Shown piece after piece: positions 28,792 to 38,027 of a stretch of 64,000 nt of DNA. A program made the position numbers and the translations under genes. The stretch's first letter is position 1; every line of letters starts with the position of its first letter. The notes beneath the pieces are model-generated. The model was not told where the DNA came from, ran no database searches, and saw nothing but the letters and a program-made list of their open reading frames with translations. The stretch covers positions 14,083-78,082 of the forward strand of contig CAIQUS010000069.1 of NCBI GenBank assembly GCA_903875045.1, read 5' to 3'. The stretch comes from an uncultured Bacteroidales bacterium (GTDB lineage Bacteria > Bacteroidota > Bacteroidia > Bacteroidales > FEN-979).

Positions 28792-29898
28792 ATGTGGAAA
28801 TTGACCCTTCCTGAACCGGAGAAAATCATTGGCATGGAGTACAGGATCATTGACGACACAATACAATTTTACAACCTGATGCTTATCGACATAGCTCAGG
28901 CAAAAGAGTATATTTACCTGGAAACATACAAATTTGCCAATGACCACATGGGGGTACGATTTCGGGATGCACTTACGAAAAAGGTGCGGGACGGGGTAAA
29001 AATAAAAATCCTGATCGATTCATGGGGAAAGGGGCCGGTTTCGGAGACCTTTTTTACAGACCTGATACGATTGGGAGGCGAAGTTAAATTTTTCGAAAAA
29101 ATCAAAATCAACAGCGATATTTTTACCCGGGGCCACCGCCGCGACCACCGGAAGATTTTAGTCATCGACGATATAATCAGCTACATCGGCTCGGCCAACA
29201 TTACCGGTTATAACCTGAATTGGCGTGAACTCTGCCTGCGCATGGAAGGCGAACTGGCACTTTCTTTTAAAAAAGTCTTCCTTGAAAATTTCAATGCTTT
29301 CAACCCGTTTATCATTACCAACAAAGTCACCTTCACCCGAAAAATCAAATCGGGAAATTTTGAAATAATCCGCGATGTGCCATCCCTTCAATTTCAACGG
29401 CTCAGGAAGCGATATACCCAACTGATCAAACAGGCGGAAAAATCGGTTCTTATCGAAACTCCCTATTTCCTCCCGGGGTTCCTGCTTCGAAAAGCCATGA
29501 TGGATGCGAGCAAACGTGGGGTTGATGTGCAGGTGATCATGCCAAAGCATTCTGATATGCGGATGGTTGATATCCTGAGGAATAAATACCTCGGATTGCT
29601 TCACAATGCAGGTATCAAACTGCTGTTCTATCTGCCGCATAACCTGCATGCCAAACTGCTTGTGATCGATGATGAAATATTCTCTATTTCAAGTGCCAAC
29701 TTTGATTTTCGCAGTTTTCGGTATCAATATGAAATTGCCCTGATTGGCTCAGAACCTGAAATTTTACGCCAGTTGCTGGAGCACGTTGCTGAAACTGTCA
29801 GAAACTCCCAGGGATTGGATTACCCGGAATGGAAAAGGCGTCCGCTTATCGAAAAGATCTTTGAATATATTTTATTGCCTTTCAGGCACTTTTTCTGA
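28792..29898 (+). CDS. Cardiolipin synthase-like phospholipase D
   Basis: Two HKD motifs (HRKILVIDD, HAKLLVIDD), ETPYF; no N-terminal TM. Confidence 0.88.
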   Translation: MWKLTLPEPEKIIGMEYRIIDDTIQFYNLMLIDIAQAKEYIYLETYKFANDHMGVRFRDALTKKVRDGVKIKILIDSWGKGPVSETFFTDLIRLGGEVKFFEKIKINSDIFTRGHRRDHRKILVIDDIISYIGSANITGYNLNWRELCLRMEGELALSFKKVFLENFNAFNPFIITNKVTFTRKIKSGNFEIIRDVPSLQFQRLRKRYTQLIKQAEKSVLIETPYFLPGFLLRKAMMDASKRGVDVQVIMPKHSDMRMVDILRNKYLGLLHNAGIKLLFYLPHNLHAKLLVIDDEIFSISSANFDFRSFRYQYEIALIGSEPEILRQLLEHVAETVRNSQGLDYPEWKRRPLIEKIFEYILLPFRHFF

Positions 29899-29901
29899 TA
29901 G

Positions 29902-29985
29902 ATCAGATACCTCACCCCCCGGCCCCCTCTCCTAAAACATCAGACACCTCACCCCCCGGCCCCCTCTCCTAAAAGAGAGGGGGAG
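29902..29985 (+). repeat. GC-rich REP-like palindromic element, tandemly duplicated
   Basis: 36-bp direct repeat atcagayacctcaccccccggccccctctcctaaaa (29902-29937, 29939-29974); second copy forms CCCCCTCTC-ctaaaa-GAGAGGGGG hairpin. Confidence 0.85.
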
Positions 29986-29996
29986 GACTGGGTAGG

Positions 29997-30875
29997 TCAT
30001 TTGGACTTGTTTACCACATAGACTCCGGAAAAGATAAGCAGTGCAGCAAAAATTTTTGGCCCGGTAATGCCACCCTGTCCGATGGTTACCGACATGATCG
30101 CGGCAATAACAGGCTGGAGATAGCTGTAGTAGCTTACTACTGTTGCACTCACACTTTTAAGGGCGAAATTGATCAGCAGGTAGGCCACAAATGTATTAAG
30201 CACAATGATATAGGCTATTCCAAGCCAGGCGGTGAAGGTGATGGCGGCAAAATTAATCTCCATGGCTGGTTTTACAGAAAACGGAAAAACAAAAATAAAA
30301 CCGAAGAAAGAGACCCATTTTAAAATGGTCGTGGTATGGTATTTTCCAACAAGAGGCTTGATCAGGACCAGGTAAAGGGCATAGCATACCATGTTCAGGA
30401 AAATCAGCATGTTTCCTAATGCATGGCTTCCGTTAAAGCTCACAACACGACCATAAAGTATTAAAATGAATACCCCTGATGCACCAAGGGCAATGCCCCC
30501 CGCTTTTGTCCAGGTAACCTTTTCTCCCATTATCAGGCTGGCAAACACCATTACCACGATTGGGTTAAGCACATGGATGAGCGAAGCATCAACAGGGGTG
30601 CTGAGGTTCAGGCCGGCATAAAAAAGGGCCTGGTTCATGGCAAACCCGAATACGCCGCAAATTGCAAGCATCATAAGGTCTTTTCGTTCAACTTTCTCCG
30701 GAACAAAAAGTCGCTGAAATAACCAGAAAATAAGCATACCACCCAGCATCCGGATAAAAATCAGTTGCATTGGTGATAGCATGACAGGCATCAGGCTTTT
30801 GACGATGTTATAGGCAACGCCAAAAATTAGGGTGGTACTTAGTAAAGCAAGATGAGCCTTTTGCGTATTCTTCAT
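29997..30875 (-). CDS. DMT/EamA family transporter
   Basis: Ten TM helices in two EamA repeats, YSYLQPVIA. Confidence 0.9.
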   Translation of the reverse strand: MKNTQKAHLALLSTTLIFGVAYNIVKSLMPVMLSPMQLIFIRMLGGMLIFWLFQRLFVPEKVERKDLMMLAICGVFGFAMNQALFYAGLNLSTPVDASLIHVLNPIVVMVFASLIMGEKVTWTKAGGIALGASGVFILILYGRVVSFNGSHALGNMLIFLNMVCYALYLVLIKPLVGKYHTTTILKWVSFFGFIFVFPFSVKPAMEINFAAITFTAWLGIAYIIVLNTFVAYLLINFALKSVSATVVSYYSYLQPVIAAIMSVTIGQGGITGPKIFAALLIFSGVYVVNKSK

Positions 30876-30890
30876 CCGGCAAAGGTATAA

Positions 30891-30930
30891 AATAAAAAAC
30901 CCTGCCGGCGTTGTAACTGCCGACAGGGTT
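30891..30930 (-). terminator. Rho-independent terminator after hsp20
   Basis: AACCCTGTCGGC-loop-GCCGGCAGGGTT followed by TTTTATTTT. Confidence 0.8.
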
Positions 30931-30949
30931 CATCGATCCGGATTTGAGA

Positions 30950-31375
30950 TCAGGAAATCTTGATTTCCTTTTTAATATCAACCTTTGCTTCATCTTTCTT
31001 TGGCAGGGCTATCTTTAAAATACCGCTCTCATAGTCGGCCTTGATGTTGTCAAGATCGATGGTTTTTGGTAAGGTAAACGACCTGCTGAATGAGCCGTAA
31101 TAAAACTCTTTTCTTGAGTAATTCCGGCCTTCTTCCCGTTTCTGATCTTCCACTTCCACGGAAATGGTGAGAATGTTGTTCTCAAGGTTGATTTTGAAAT
31201 CATCCTTGACCATTCCGGGAGCTGCGATTTCAAGATGAAATGAATCACTGCTTTCGATGATGTTTGCGGCCGGGTCACTGAAACGTTTTCCGAAAAAATC
31301 ACCCAGGTCGTTGTCAAAGATGTTGCTGACCATATCCGATAACGGATTCCTGTGTTGCCATTTAATGAGTGTCAT
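30950..31375 (-). CDS. Hsp20 small heat-shock protein
   Basis: PAANIIE, AAPG, EFYYGSFSRSFTLP, GILKIALPK. Confidence 0.95.
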   Translation of the reverse strand: MTLIKWQHRNPLSDMVSNIFDNDLGDFFGKRFSDPAANIIESSDSFHLEIAAPGMVKDDFKINLENNILTISVEVEDQKREEGRNYSRKEFYYGSFSRSFTLPKTIDLDNIKADYESGILKIALPKKDEAKVDIKKEIKIS

Positions 31376-31556
31376 AATGTAATCTCCTATATTTAAGGGT
31401 TAAACTTGGGTTTGTTTCCCCAAAAAAGTCAAAGGTTGTACCATGGGAAAAAGAAAAAGAAAATACGACAAAATGACGTATTTGTATATTTCATCTATGA
31501 CAAAATGGCAAAAAATGAATAATTGTGCCCATGATCATCGGTGTGTACAGGTGGAT

Positions 31557-32318
31557 TCAGTCTGGTGATTGTAGCTCCAGGTTGGTCTTTTCCTGTATCA
31601 TTTGCGCCAATTCTTTTGAATCCAGATGGCTGAAAGATTCGTACGGAATAGGGTCAAGCACAACGACTTTGACATGATCGTTTTTATGGATCAGCAACCC
31701 TCCCTTCTTTATGGCAAGATGAGTTCCCTTGATCACCACTGGCAGGATCGGTGAGTGGGTTTCCAGAGCGAGCCTGAATGCACCGGTTTTATAATTCTGA
31801 AGATTACCGTCGGGTGAGCGTGTTCCCTCCGGAAAGAGAATGACCGAATTTCCGGCCCGAATGGAGGCCGCTGCCTTGTCCATCATTTGCAGCTTACTTC
31901 TTCCCCGGGCTCGTTCAATTGATATATAACCATTGAGTGCCATGTTCCAACCAATGAAAGGAATAATAAACAACCCTTTTTTCGCAACCCATTTAAAATG
32001 ACGGTGAAGTTTAAAAAGAACCAGAATATCCAGTCCCGACTGATGATTTGAAACCATCACATAAACTTTTTTCGGATCAATCTTTTTTCGCCCTTCCACC
32101 CGAACTTTCCAGTAGGGATTGATCCCCAATATTATATCTGACCATCTGCAGGTGAACTGATGCAGTAAATACCTTCTGCGGTCAAATAAAACGGTTGTAA
32201 TCCATAAGAATATCGGAATCGGGAACAGAATTGCAGAGACTACAAACAAGGACACCCAGAAATAGCATGATGCCACAACCTGAAAAAAGCCTCCGTCTTC
32301 CCTCTTGTCATTTTTCAT
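31557..32318 (-). CDS. 1-acyl-sn-glycerol-3-phosphate acyltransferase (PlsC family)
   Basis: NHQSGLD, FPEGTRS; start uncertain. Confidence 0.9.
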   Translation of the reverse strand: MKNDKREDGGFFQVVASCYFWVSLFVVSAILFPIPIFLWITTVLFDRRRYLLHQFTCRWSDIILGINPYWKVRVEGRKKIDPKKVYVMVSNHQSGLDILVLFKLHRHFKWVAKKGLFIIPFIGWNMALNGYISIERARGRSKLQMMDKAAASIRAGNSVILFPEGTRSPDGNLQNYKTGAFRLALETHSPILPVVIKGTHLAIKKGGLLIHKNDHVKVVVLDPIPYESFSHLDSKELAQMIQEKTNLELQSPD

Positions 32319-32346
32319 AAAGTCCCTGTTTAAACTTTTCACCCAT

Positions 32347-32402
32347 CCCGTTTACCCGTTTACCCGTTTACCTGTTTACCCGTTTACCCGTTTACCTGTT
32401 CA
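32347..32402 (+). repeat. Octamer array (CCCGTTTA)x7, C-form; contains the rluD stop
   Basis: cccgttta x3 cctgttta cccgttta x2 cctgttca. Confidence 0.95.
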
Positions 32403-33430
32403 CCCTTGATCAAATTCCCGTACTGTCTCCATTTATCAATAACTGCAGCCAGATCTGCCGGATATTCCGAGTCGAAATGGACGAATTGTTTCGTAGTAGG
32501 ATGAATGAATCCCAACGATTTGGCATGCAATGCCTGCCTCGGCAATAAATTAAAACAGTTATTCACAAACTGCTTATACTTGGTAAAGGTAGTCCCTTTC
32601 AGAATTTCGGAACCACCGTAGCTTTCATCGTTGAACAACGGATGTCCGATATGTTTGAAGTGGATCCTGATCTGATGGGTGCGTCCGGTTTCCAGACGGC
32701 ATTCAACCAGGGTGACATACCCAAACCGTCCCAAAACGTGGTAATGGGTAACTGCATGACGGCCTTTCTCAGGATCCTCATACACTGCCTGAACAAGACG
32801 ATTCCTCATATCACGCCCGATATTTGCATCAATAGTCCCTTCATCGTGATCGATATTCCCCCAAACGAGTGCAATGTAGGTGCGGTCAATGGTATGGTCA
32901 AAAAACTGTTTTGCGATTTTAGACTGGGCAAGTTCATTTTTGGCAATCAGGATGATTCCGCTGGTATCTTTATCAATCCGGTGGACAAGATAGGGTTTTG
33001 CGTCCGGATCACCGGGGTTATTTTGCTGCAAATGATACAAAAGTCCGTTCTGCAAGGTTCCGGTGAAGTTCCCGTGACCTGGATGCACCACCATTCCCGG
33101 GGCTTTGTTCACCACCAGGATATCGTGGTCCTCATATACAATATCAATGGGGATGTTTTCAGGATAAACTTCTGTATCCCGGGGCGGATAAGCAAGCACA
33201 ATGGTGATCACATCCAGTGGCCTTACTTTATAATTGGGTTTGACCACCACCTCATTCACAAAGATATTACCGGCGTGTGCAGAGTTTTGTATCCGGTTTC
33301 TGGAGGCATTTTCGATTTTAGCCATCAGATATTTATCGATCCGCAAAGGGTTTTGTCCCCGGTCGACCACAAATCGGAAGTGTTCAAATAATTCTCCGGA
33401 TTCTTCTGGAATTTCGGGTTTATCCTCCAT
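32384..33430 (-). CDS. rluD: 23S rRNA pseudouridine synthase (RluD type)
   Basis: S4 domain, VHRIDKDTSG, GRTHQIR, RQALHA; start reassigned to MEDKPE. Confidence 0.9.
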   Translation of the reverse strand: MEDKPEIPEESGELFEHFRFVVDRGQNPLRIDKYLMAKIENASRNRIQNSAHAGNIFVNEVVVKPNYKVRPLDVITIVLAYPPRDTEVYPENIPIDIVYEDHDILVVNKAPGMVVHPGHGNFTGTLQNGLLYHLQQNNPGDPDAKPYLVHRIDKDTSGIILIAKNELAQSKIAKQFFDHTIDRTYIALVWGNIDHDEGTIDANIGRDMRNRLVQAVYEDPEKGRHAVTHYHVLGRFGYVTLVECRLETGRTHQIRIHFKHIGHPLFNDESYGGSEILKGTTFTKYKQFVNNCFNLLPRQALHAKSLGFIHPTTKQFVHFDSEYPADLAAVIDKWRQYGNLIKGEQVNG

Positions 33431-33491
33431 GGTAAATATTTCTAACCCGAAAAATGAATTTTCAACCACCGCAGTTGCGATGCCTCGGTCA

Positions 33492-35468
33492 TTAGCGGGA
33501 TATGATGAATTTTGTAATACCGGCACGGATGCCGGAACGATTTCTGATTTCAAGAAAATAGATTCCGTTGGCAAGCGAACTTACATCGATTTCCTTTTGA
33601 TACCCTGTTCTCAACTGGATTTGGCCCATAAGGTTATAAATAACAGCCACGCCTTCTTCGAAAATTTTGGGTTTTTCAGGTGTTTCCGGAATCCGGAGGT
33701 GTAAAAATCTGGTACTACACGGATTAGGATAGGCAACAATCGTTGATTTCTCAGAGGAAATTTCACCAATACCCAATGGAATAGGTTTTCCTATCACCGG
33801 ACGGATCATCAGGGAACCAGACATGGAGGAGTTATTCCAGGTGCCTGTACAATTCCAGAAAATCTCATTCTGGCTGTTGGTGTACCTGTCGAATCCAATC
33901 GAAAGAAAGTCGTCGGTTGTTTGTTCCCAACCCACGTAAAAAGTCCCGGTAATCCCAAGTGGCCGTTTGATGTGGTAGGTTACGAATTTATTGATGCTAT
34001 CAGCATATCTGGGCATCACAAGTTCGGTATAAATGGTATCCCCGGGTTTTCCGGCATTATCATTCCAGACGGTAAGGTAGAAAAACTGCTGGCTGGTATT
34101 CCCCAATGTTCTGTTGAAATACATTCTGATCGCACGCAGGGTGTCTGGTGATTTATTCAGCCGGAAGCGATAGGCCAGTTGTGAACCGGCAGGGGTAAGC
34201 CCGAAACTTGCCTCGGGGGTGCCATCATCATAGGCGTAATAATTGTAGAATTTCTGGTAGGCCTGCATGGTATCTCCCATCACAGATCCTGGCGTTACCT
34301 CCTTTACCACATGTTTCATCAGGAAAACTGCACTATCGGCCCCGCCGATCGGAATCAGGAATGGAACCTCGGGATGAGCAAACTTCTGATATGTTACGTA
34401 AGGGGTTGAGGAATATGGTTTGATATCGTAAGTCCCGCCGCTGTAAGATTTTGAAAAGCTGGGTGCGGAACTGGTTACATAATAGTTATAAGATGATGTA
34501 TGTGTCAGGGTATCCCGGTTGGTCATCAGGATGTCGATGGTATCACGGAGTTCATTGGTCGGATCATCGCAATATTGGATGTAGGGCATCGATTCATATC
34601 GCCGGAGCAGGGAAGGAGGACGATAAACAAACCGGAGCTGGGGGTAAACAGTATCGTATCTGTTACGGCCAGCATTGAGGTAAACGTTGTCGAGGTTCCA
34701 TTGGGCGGTATTGCTTTGCCAACTTGGTAAAGAGGAACTCGCCAGGCTGACATAATTAAAAAATCTGAACCTGAATTTATTTTTGAAAAAAATGGTATCT
34801 GTGAGTGGAATCATCACCTGTGCAAACCATTTGTTGTTTTTCAGATAAAAAGTGTCCAGGGGCATTCCATTGGCAAACCACATTTGCCGCCACATATCAG
34901 GAATATGGATCGTTCCGCCCATGATCAGGCTGTCATGTGCCGGAACAGCCAGAAATTCAAGTACCAGTGAGTCGCTTTTTTGCGGTGCTTTTCCCCTTCC
35001 CTGCGGTTGGTAAAAAAAACTAAGATAAACTGAATCGGCGGGTGTCAGTGCACGTGGCACAGGCGTAAATACCGAATCGAGCCTGATGTATCTGGAGGTC
35101 AGGTGGTCTGCAATGAAATTATTCGGACCAGGAATGGCTGTGGGATACATGTTACCGGAATCATTGATGGCATCTAAGGTCATAGCCCCGAGGTTAATGG
35201 GGAACACAGGGAGATCCTCGTTTTCAAAAGCATAATGGTCTATCCACCGGTCAGACGACGGAAAGACATTGTTTGCCGAGAAATCATCAAAAAATGGAAT
35301 GGCTACCGGTATTGTGTCGGTTCCGGAATTCAGGTAGTTCATCCGGGATAGTTCCATCGCCCTGGCTTTGACCATCGGGTTGAATTGCAAACCAGTAACG
35401 ATCTCCTGCGTAAACCCTGCAACCCACGTTATCAGGGTAAAAAATATAATTAAGAAAAAACGCCTCAT
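33492..35468 (-). CDS. T9SS type A sorting domain protein (conserved rluD/PASTA neighbour)
   Basis: Signal peptide, IPFFDDFS, NYYAYDDGTPE, C-terminal YPNP..GIYF..KFII. Confidence 0.85.
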   Translation of the reverse strand: MRRFFLIIFFTLITWVAGFTQEIVTGLQFNPMVKARAMELSRMNYLNSGTDTIPVAIPFFDDFSANNVFPSSDRWIDHYAFENEDLPVFPINLGAMTLDAINDSGNMYPTAIPGPNNFIADHLTSRYIRLDSVFTPVPRALTPADSVYLSFFYQPQGRGKAPQKSDSLVLEFLAVPAHDSLIMGGTIHIPDMWRQMWFANGMPLDTFYLKNNKWFAQVMIPLTDTIFFKNKFRFRFFNYVSLASSSLPSWQSNTAQWNLDNVYLNAGRNRYDTVYPQLRFVYRPPSLLRRYESMPYIQYCDDPTNELRDTIDILMTNRDTLTHTSSYNYYVTSSAPSFSKSYSGGTYDIKPYSSTPYVTYQKFAHPEVPFLIPIGGADSAVFLMKHVVKEVTPGSVMGDTMQAYQKFYNYYAYDDGTPEASFGLTPAGSQLAYRFRLNKSPDTLRAIRMYFNRTLGNTSQQFFYLTVWNDNAGKPGDTIYTELVMPRYADSINKFVTYHIKRPLGITGTFYVGWEQTTDDFLSIGFDRYTNSQNEIFWNCTGTWNNSSMSGSLMIRPVIGKPIPLGIGEISSEKSTIVAYPNPCSTRFLHLRIPETPEKPKIFEEGVAVIYNLMGQIQLRTGYQKEIDVSSLANGIYFLEIRNRSGIRAGITKFIISR

Positions 35469-35497
35469 AAATCACCTATAAAAATAACTAAAAACTA

Positions 35498-35556
35498 CCC
35501 ATTCACCCGTTAATCCGCCCACCTGCCCACTCGCCCACTTGTCCACTCGTCCACCC
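35498..35556 (+). repeat. Octamer array (CTCGYCCA family)x7, C-form
   Basis: cccattca cccgttaa tccgccca cctgccca ctcgccca cttgtcca ctcgtcca. Confidence 0.88.
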
Positions 35557-35558
35557 TT

Positions 35559-36146
35559 TCACTCCCCCAAACTATCCACCCTCAACGAATCAATCATAGC
35601 CTTTGCACCCATTCCAACCGTGAGGTTTATCACCGAACCTTTATCAAGCTCGGTACCGGCTTTGATCATCCTTCCTTTGTAAAATTGGTTTTGTACGGCA
35701 TCTTCATCAAAAGATTTAATATATGACAGTCTGCCTATCTTCAAACCCGCAGATTCAAGCATGGATTGAGCCTGGCGCAACGTAAGGTCGCGAAGTTCGG
35801 GCATGGCTGTTTTTTCAGGAACCATTGATGTTACCGTCAAATAAACCATCCGGTTTTTTTTGACTTTTGCTCCCGGAAATGGATCTTGCGACAAGATGGA
35901 CCCTCTGGGTTTGTCGGGATCAAATATGGAATCAATCACATTGAACTGGTAATTGATGTTGTCGGACGCTGAACGGACATCGGTAAAATACAATCCCCTG
36001 AAGTCGGGAACAATGATGTAATCATTGTGTTTGGTATACCATGCAAGCGATTGCAAAGTAATCCAGATCAAAACGAATGTTATCCCGATCGCGATCAGAA
36101 AATGTGTCAGAAATTTTTTTGAAAAAAGAAATCGTAAAAAATCCAT
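35559..36146 (-). CDS. PASTA domain protein
   Basis: TM, YTKH..VPDF, QDP..G.KVKKNR, MPELRDLTLRQA; start reassigned to MDFLRF. Confidence 0.88.
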   Translation of the reverse strand: MDFLRFLFSKKFLTHFLIAIGITFVLIWITLQSLAWYTKHNDYIIVPDFRGLYFTDVRSASDNINYQFNVIDSIFDPDKPRGSILSQDPFPGAKVKKNRMVYLTVTSMVPEKTAMPELRDLTLRQAQSMLESAGLKIGRLSYIKSFDEDAVQNQFYKGRMIKAGTELDKGSVINLTVGMGAKAMIDSLRVDSLGE

Positions 36147-36282
36147 CCGTTGATTTATCAGATAACCCGAAAAGGTCAATTTTATTGTGTTTCCTAAATA
36201 ATCTACAAACTTACACAAAAAATGAATTTTGCACAAGGAGCAACTTTTTTGTACTAATTTTGTGATTTGAAAATCGTGAATT

Positions 36283-37263
36283 ATGTTGAATGTTGCTATC
36301 GTTGCCGGAGGGGATTCCGGGGAATACGGGATTTCCATCAAAAGTGGAAAGCAGGTTGAACTGCATATTGACAAAACGCTGTTTTGCCCTTTTCTCATCG
36401 AAATTAAAGGAAAGAACTGGAATTACCGGGTTGGGCTCAAGAAATTCCCGATTGATAAAAATGATTTCAGCCTGACCATCGGCAGGAGGAGGGTCAGGTT
36501 CGACGTGGTGTTTATTGCCATCCATGGTACACCCGGGGAAAATGGCCGGCTCCAGGGGTATTTCGATATCCTGGGTATTCCATACACGTCATGCGATGTA
36601 ACTACTTCTGCCATTACGTTCAACAAAAGTTTCTGCAAGGATGTGGTGCGGTCTTATGGAATCAATACGGCAAAATCATTGCATTTGTTTAAAGGCGGGG
36701 TAAACGCAGAAGCAAGGATACTGGCAGATCTTGCACTTCCGGTGTTCGTAAAGCCTAACAATGGGGGGTCAAGTGTCGGGATGTCGAAGGTTAATGAGAA
36801 AAGGGAGTTAAAACCTGCGCTGGAAAAAGCATTTCATGAAGATTCTGAGATTCTCGTTGAAGAATTTATCAAAGGGCGCGAACTGACTTGCGGGGTACTC
36901 AGGCTTGAAGGTAAAATAATCACTTTTCCTGTAACTGAGATCATTCCTAAAAAGGAATATTTTGATTATGAAGCTAAATATATGAAGGGTATGGCCGAAG
37001 AGGTGGTGCCTGCAGACATTTCCAACCAACAATCCGATCTATGCCAGAATATTTCGAGGTTGTTGTATGAGAAATTAAATTGTAAAGGGGTAGTGCGTTT
37101 TGACTATATTTTTACCGGGGAAGAATTTTATTTCCTCGAGGTCAATACCGTGCCAGGTTTGACAGCAGCCAGCATTGTTCCGAAAATGGCCCTTGCCCAC
37201 GGTTGGAGTTTCACAGAATTAATTACTTTTTTGATCAAGGAAGTATTGGAAATTAGAAATTAG
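36283..37263 (+). CDS. ddl: D-alanine--D-alanine ligase
   Basis: GGDSGE, IHGTPGENG, KPNNGGSSVG, EVNTVPG. Confidence 0.95.
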   Translation: MLNVAIVAGGDSGEYGISIKSGKQVELHIDKTLFCPFLIEIKGKNWNYRVGLKKFPIDKNDFSLTIGRRRVRFDVVFIAIHGTPGENGRLQGYFDILGIPYTSCDVTTSAITFNKSFCKDVVRSYGINTAKSLHLFKGGVNAEARILADLALPVFVKPNNGGSSVGMSKVNEKRELKPALEKAFHEDSEILVEEFIKGRELTCGVLRLEGKIITFPVTEIIPKKEYFDYEAKYMKGMAEEVVPADISNQQSDLCQNISRLLYEKLNCKGVVRFDYIFTGEEFYFLEVNTVPGLTAASIVPKMALAHGWSFTELITFLIKEVLEIRN

Positions 37264-37311
37264 AAATTAGAAATTAGAAATTAGAAATTAGAAATTAGAA
37301 ATTGGAAATTA
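37249..37311 (+). repeat. Heptamer array (GAAATTA)x9, G-form; contains the ddl stop
   Basis: gaaatta x7 gaaattg gaaatta. Confidence 0.97.
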
Positions 37312-37329
37312 GTATTTTAGCTTTTGATA

Positions 37330-37920
37330 ATGACCAACTTGCTTTTTGCCACCAACAACAAACATAAACTTCATGAAGTCCGTGCGATCATGGGGCATGA
37401 GTTTAATATACTCAGTCTGAAAGATGTTAATCTGGATATCGATATCCCTGAAACCCGGGAAACGATTGAAGGAAATGCAGTTCAGAAAGCCCGGTTTATT
37501 TACGAGATGACCGGGAAAAACTGTTTTGCCGATGATACCGGACTGGAGATTGATGCCCTTGAGGGCCGCCCGGGTGTTTATTCTGCACGTTATGCCGGTG
37601 AAAATTGCAGTTTTGACGACAATATTGATAAAATTTTATTGGAATTGTCCGGAAAGGAAAATCGTAAAGCCTGTTTTCGGTGTGTGATCTGTTTGATCCT
37701 GGATGGAAACGAATACTTGTTCGAAGGCCGGATTGATGGTGTGATTACCCTGGAAAGAAGAGGTAAAGATGGTTTTGGATATGATCCTGTTTTCCTCCCC
37801 GATGGATACAGGCAAACCTTTGCTGAAATGCCCACATACCTTAAAAACGGAATCAGCCATCGGGGACGAGCCGTTGATCAAATGGCGAAAGAGTTAAAGG
37901 GTAAACAGGTAAACCGGTAA
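37330..37920 (+). CDS. rdgB: Non-canonical purine NTP pyrophosphatase
   Basis: FATNNKHK, ADDTGL, GFGYDPVF, KNGISHRG. Confidence 0.95.
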   Translation: MTNLLFATNNKHKLHEVRAIMGHEFNILSLKDVNLDIDIPETRETIEGNAVQKARFIYEMTGKNCFADDTGLEIDALEGRPGVYSARYAGENCSFDDNIDKILLELSGKENRKACFRCVICLILDGNEYLFEGRIDGVITLERRGKDGFGYDPVFLPDGYRQTFAEMPTYLKNGISHRGRAVDQMAKELKGKQVNR

Positions 37921-37939
37921 ACAAGTAAACGGGCAAACA
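37900..37939 (+). repeat. Octamer array (GGTAAACA)x5, G-form; contains the rdgB stop
   Basis: ggtaaaca ggtaaacc ggtaaaca agtaaacg ggcaaaca. Confidence 0.92.
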
Positions 37940-37976
37940 GTAGAGCTAATTTTCAGAACAACTGATTGAGCTCTTT

Positions 37977-38009
37977 CCTGTTTACCCGTTTACCGGTTTA
38001 CTCGTTTAC
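37977..38009 (+). repeat. Octamer array (CCCGTTTA)x4, C-form, inverted to 37900
   Basis: cctgttta cccgttta ccggttta ctcgttta. Confidence 0.92.
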
Positions 38010-38027
38010 AAAGTTTCCGCGGTTAGT

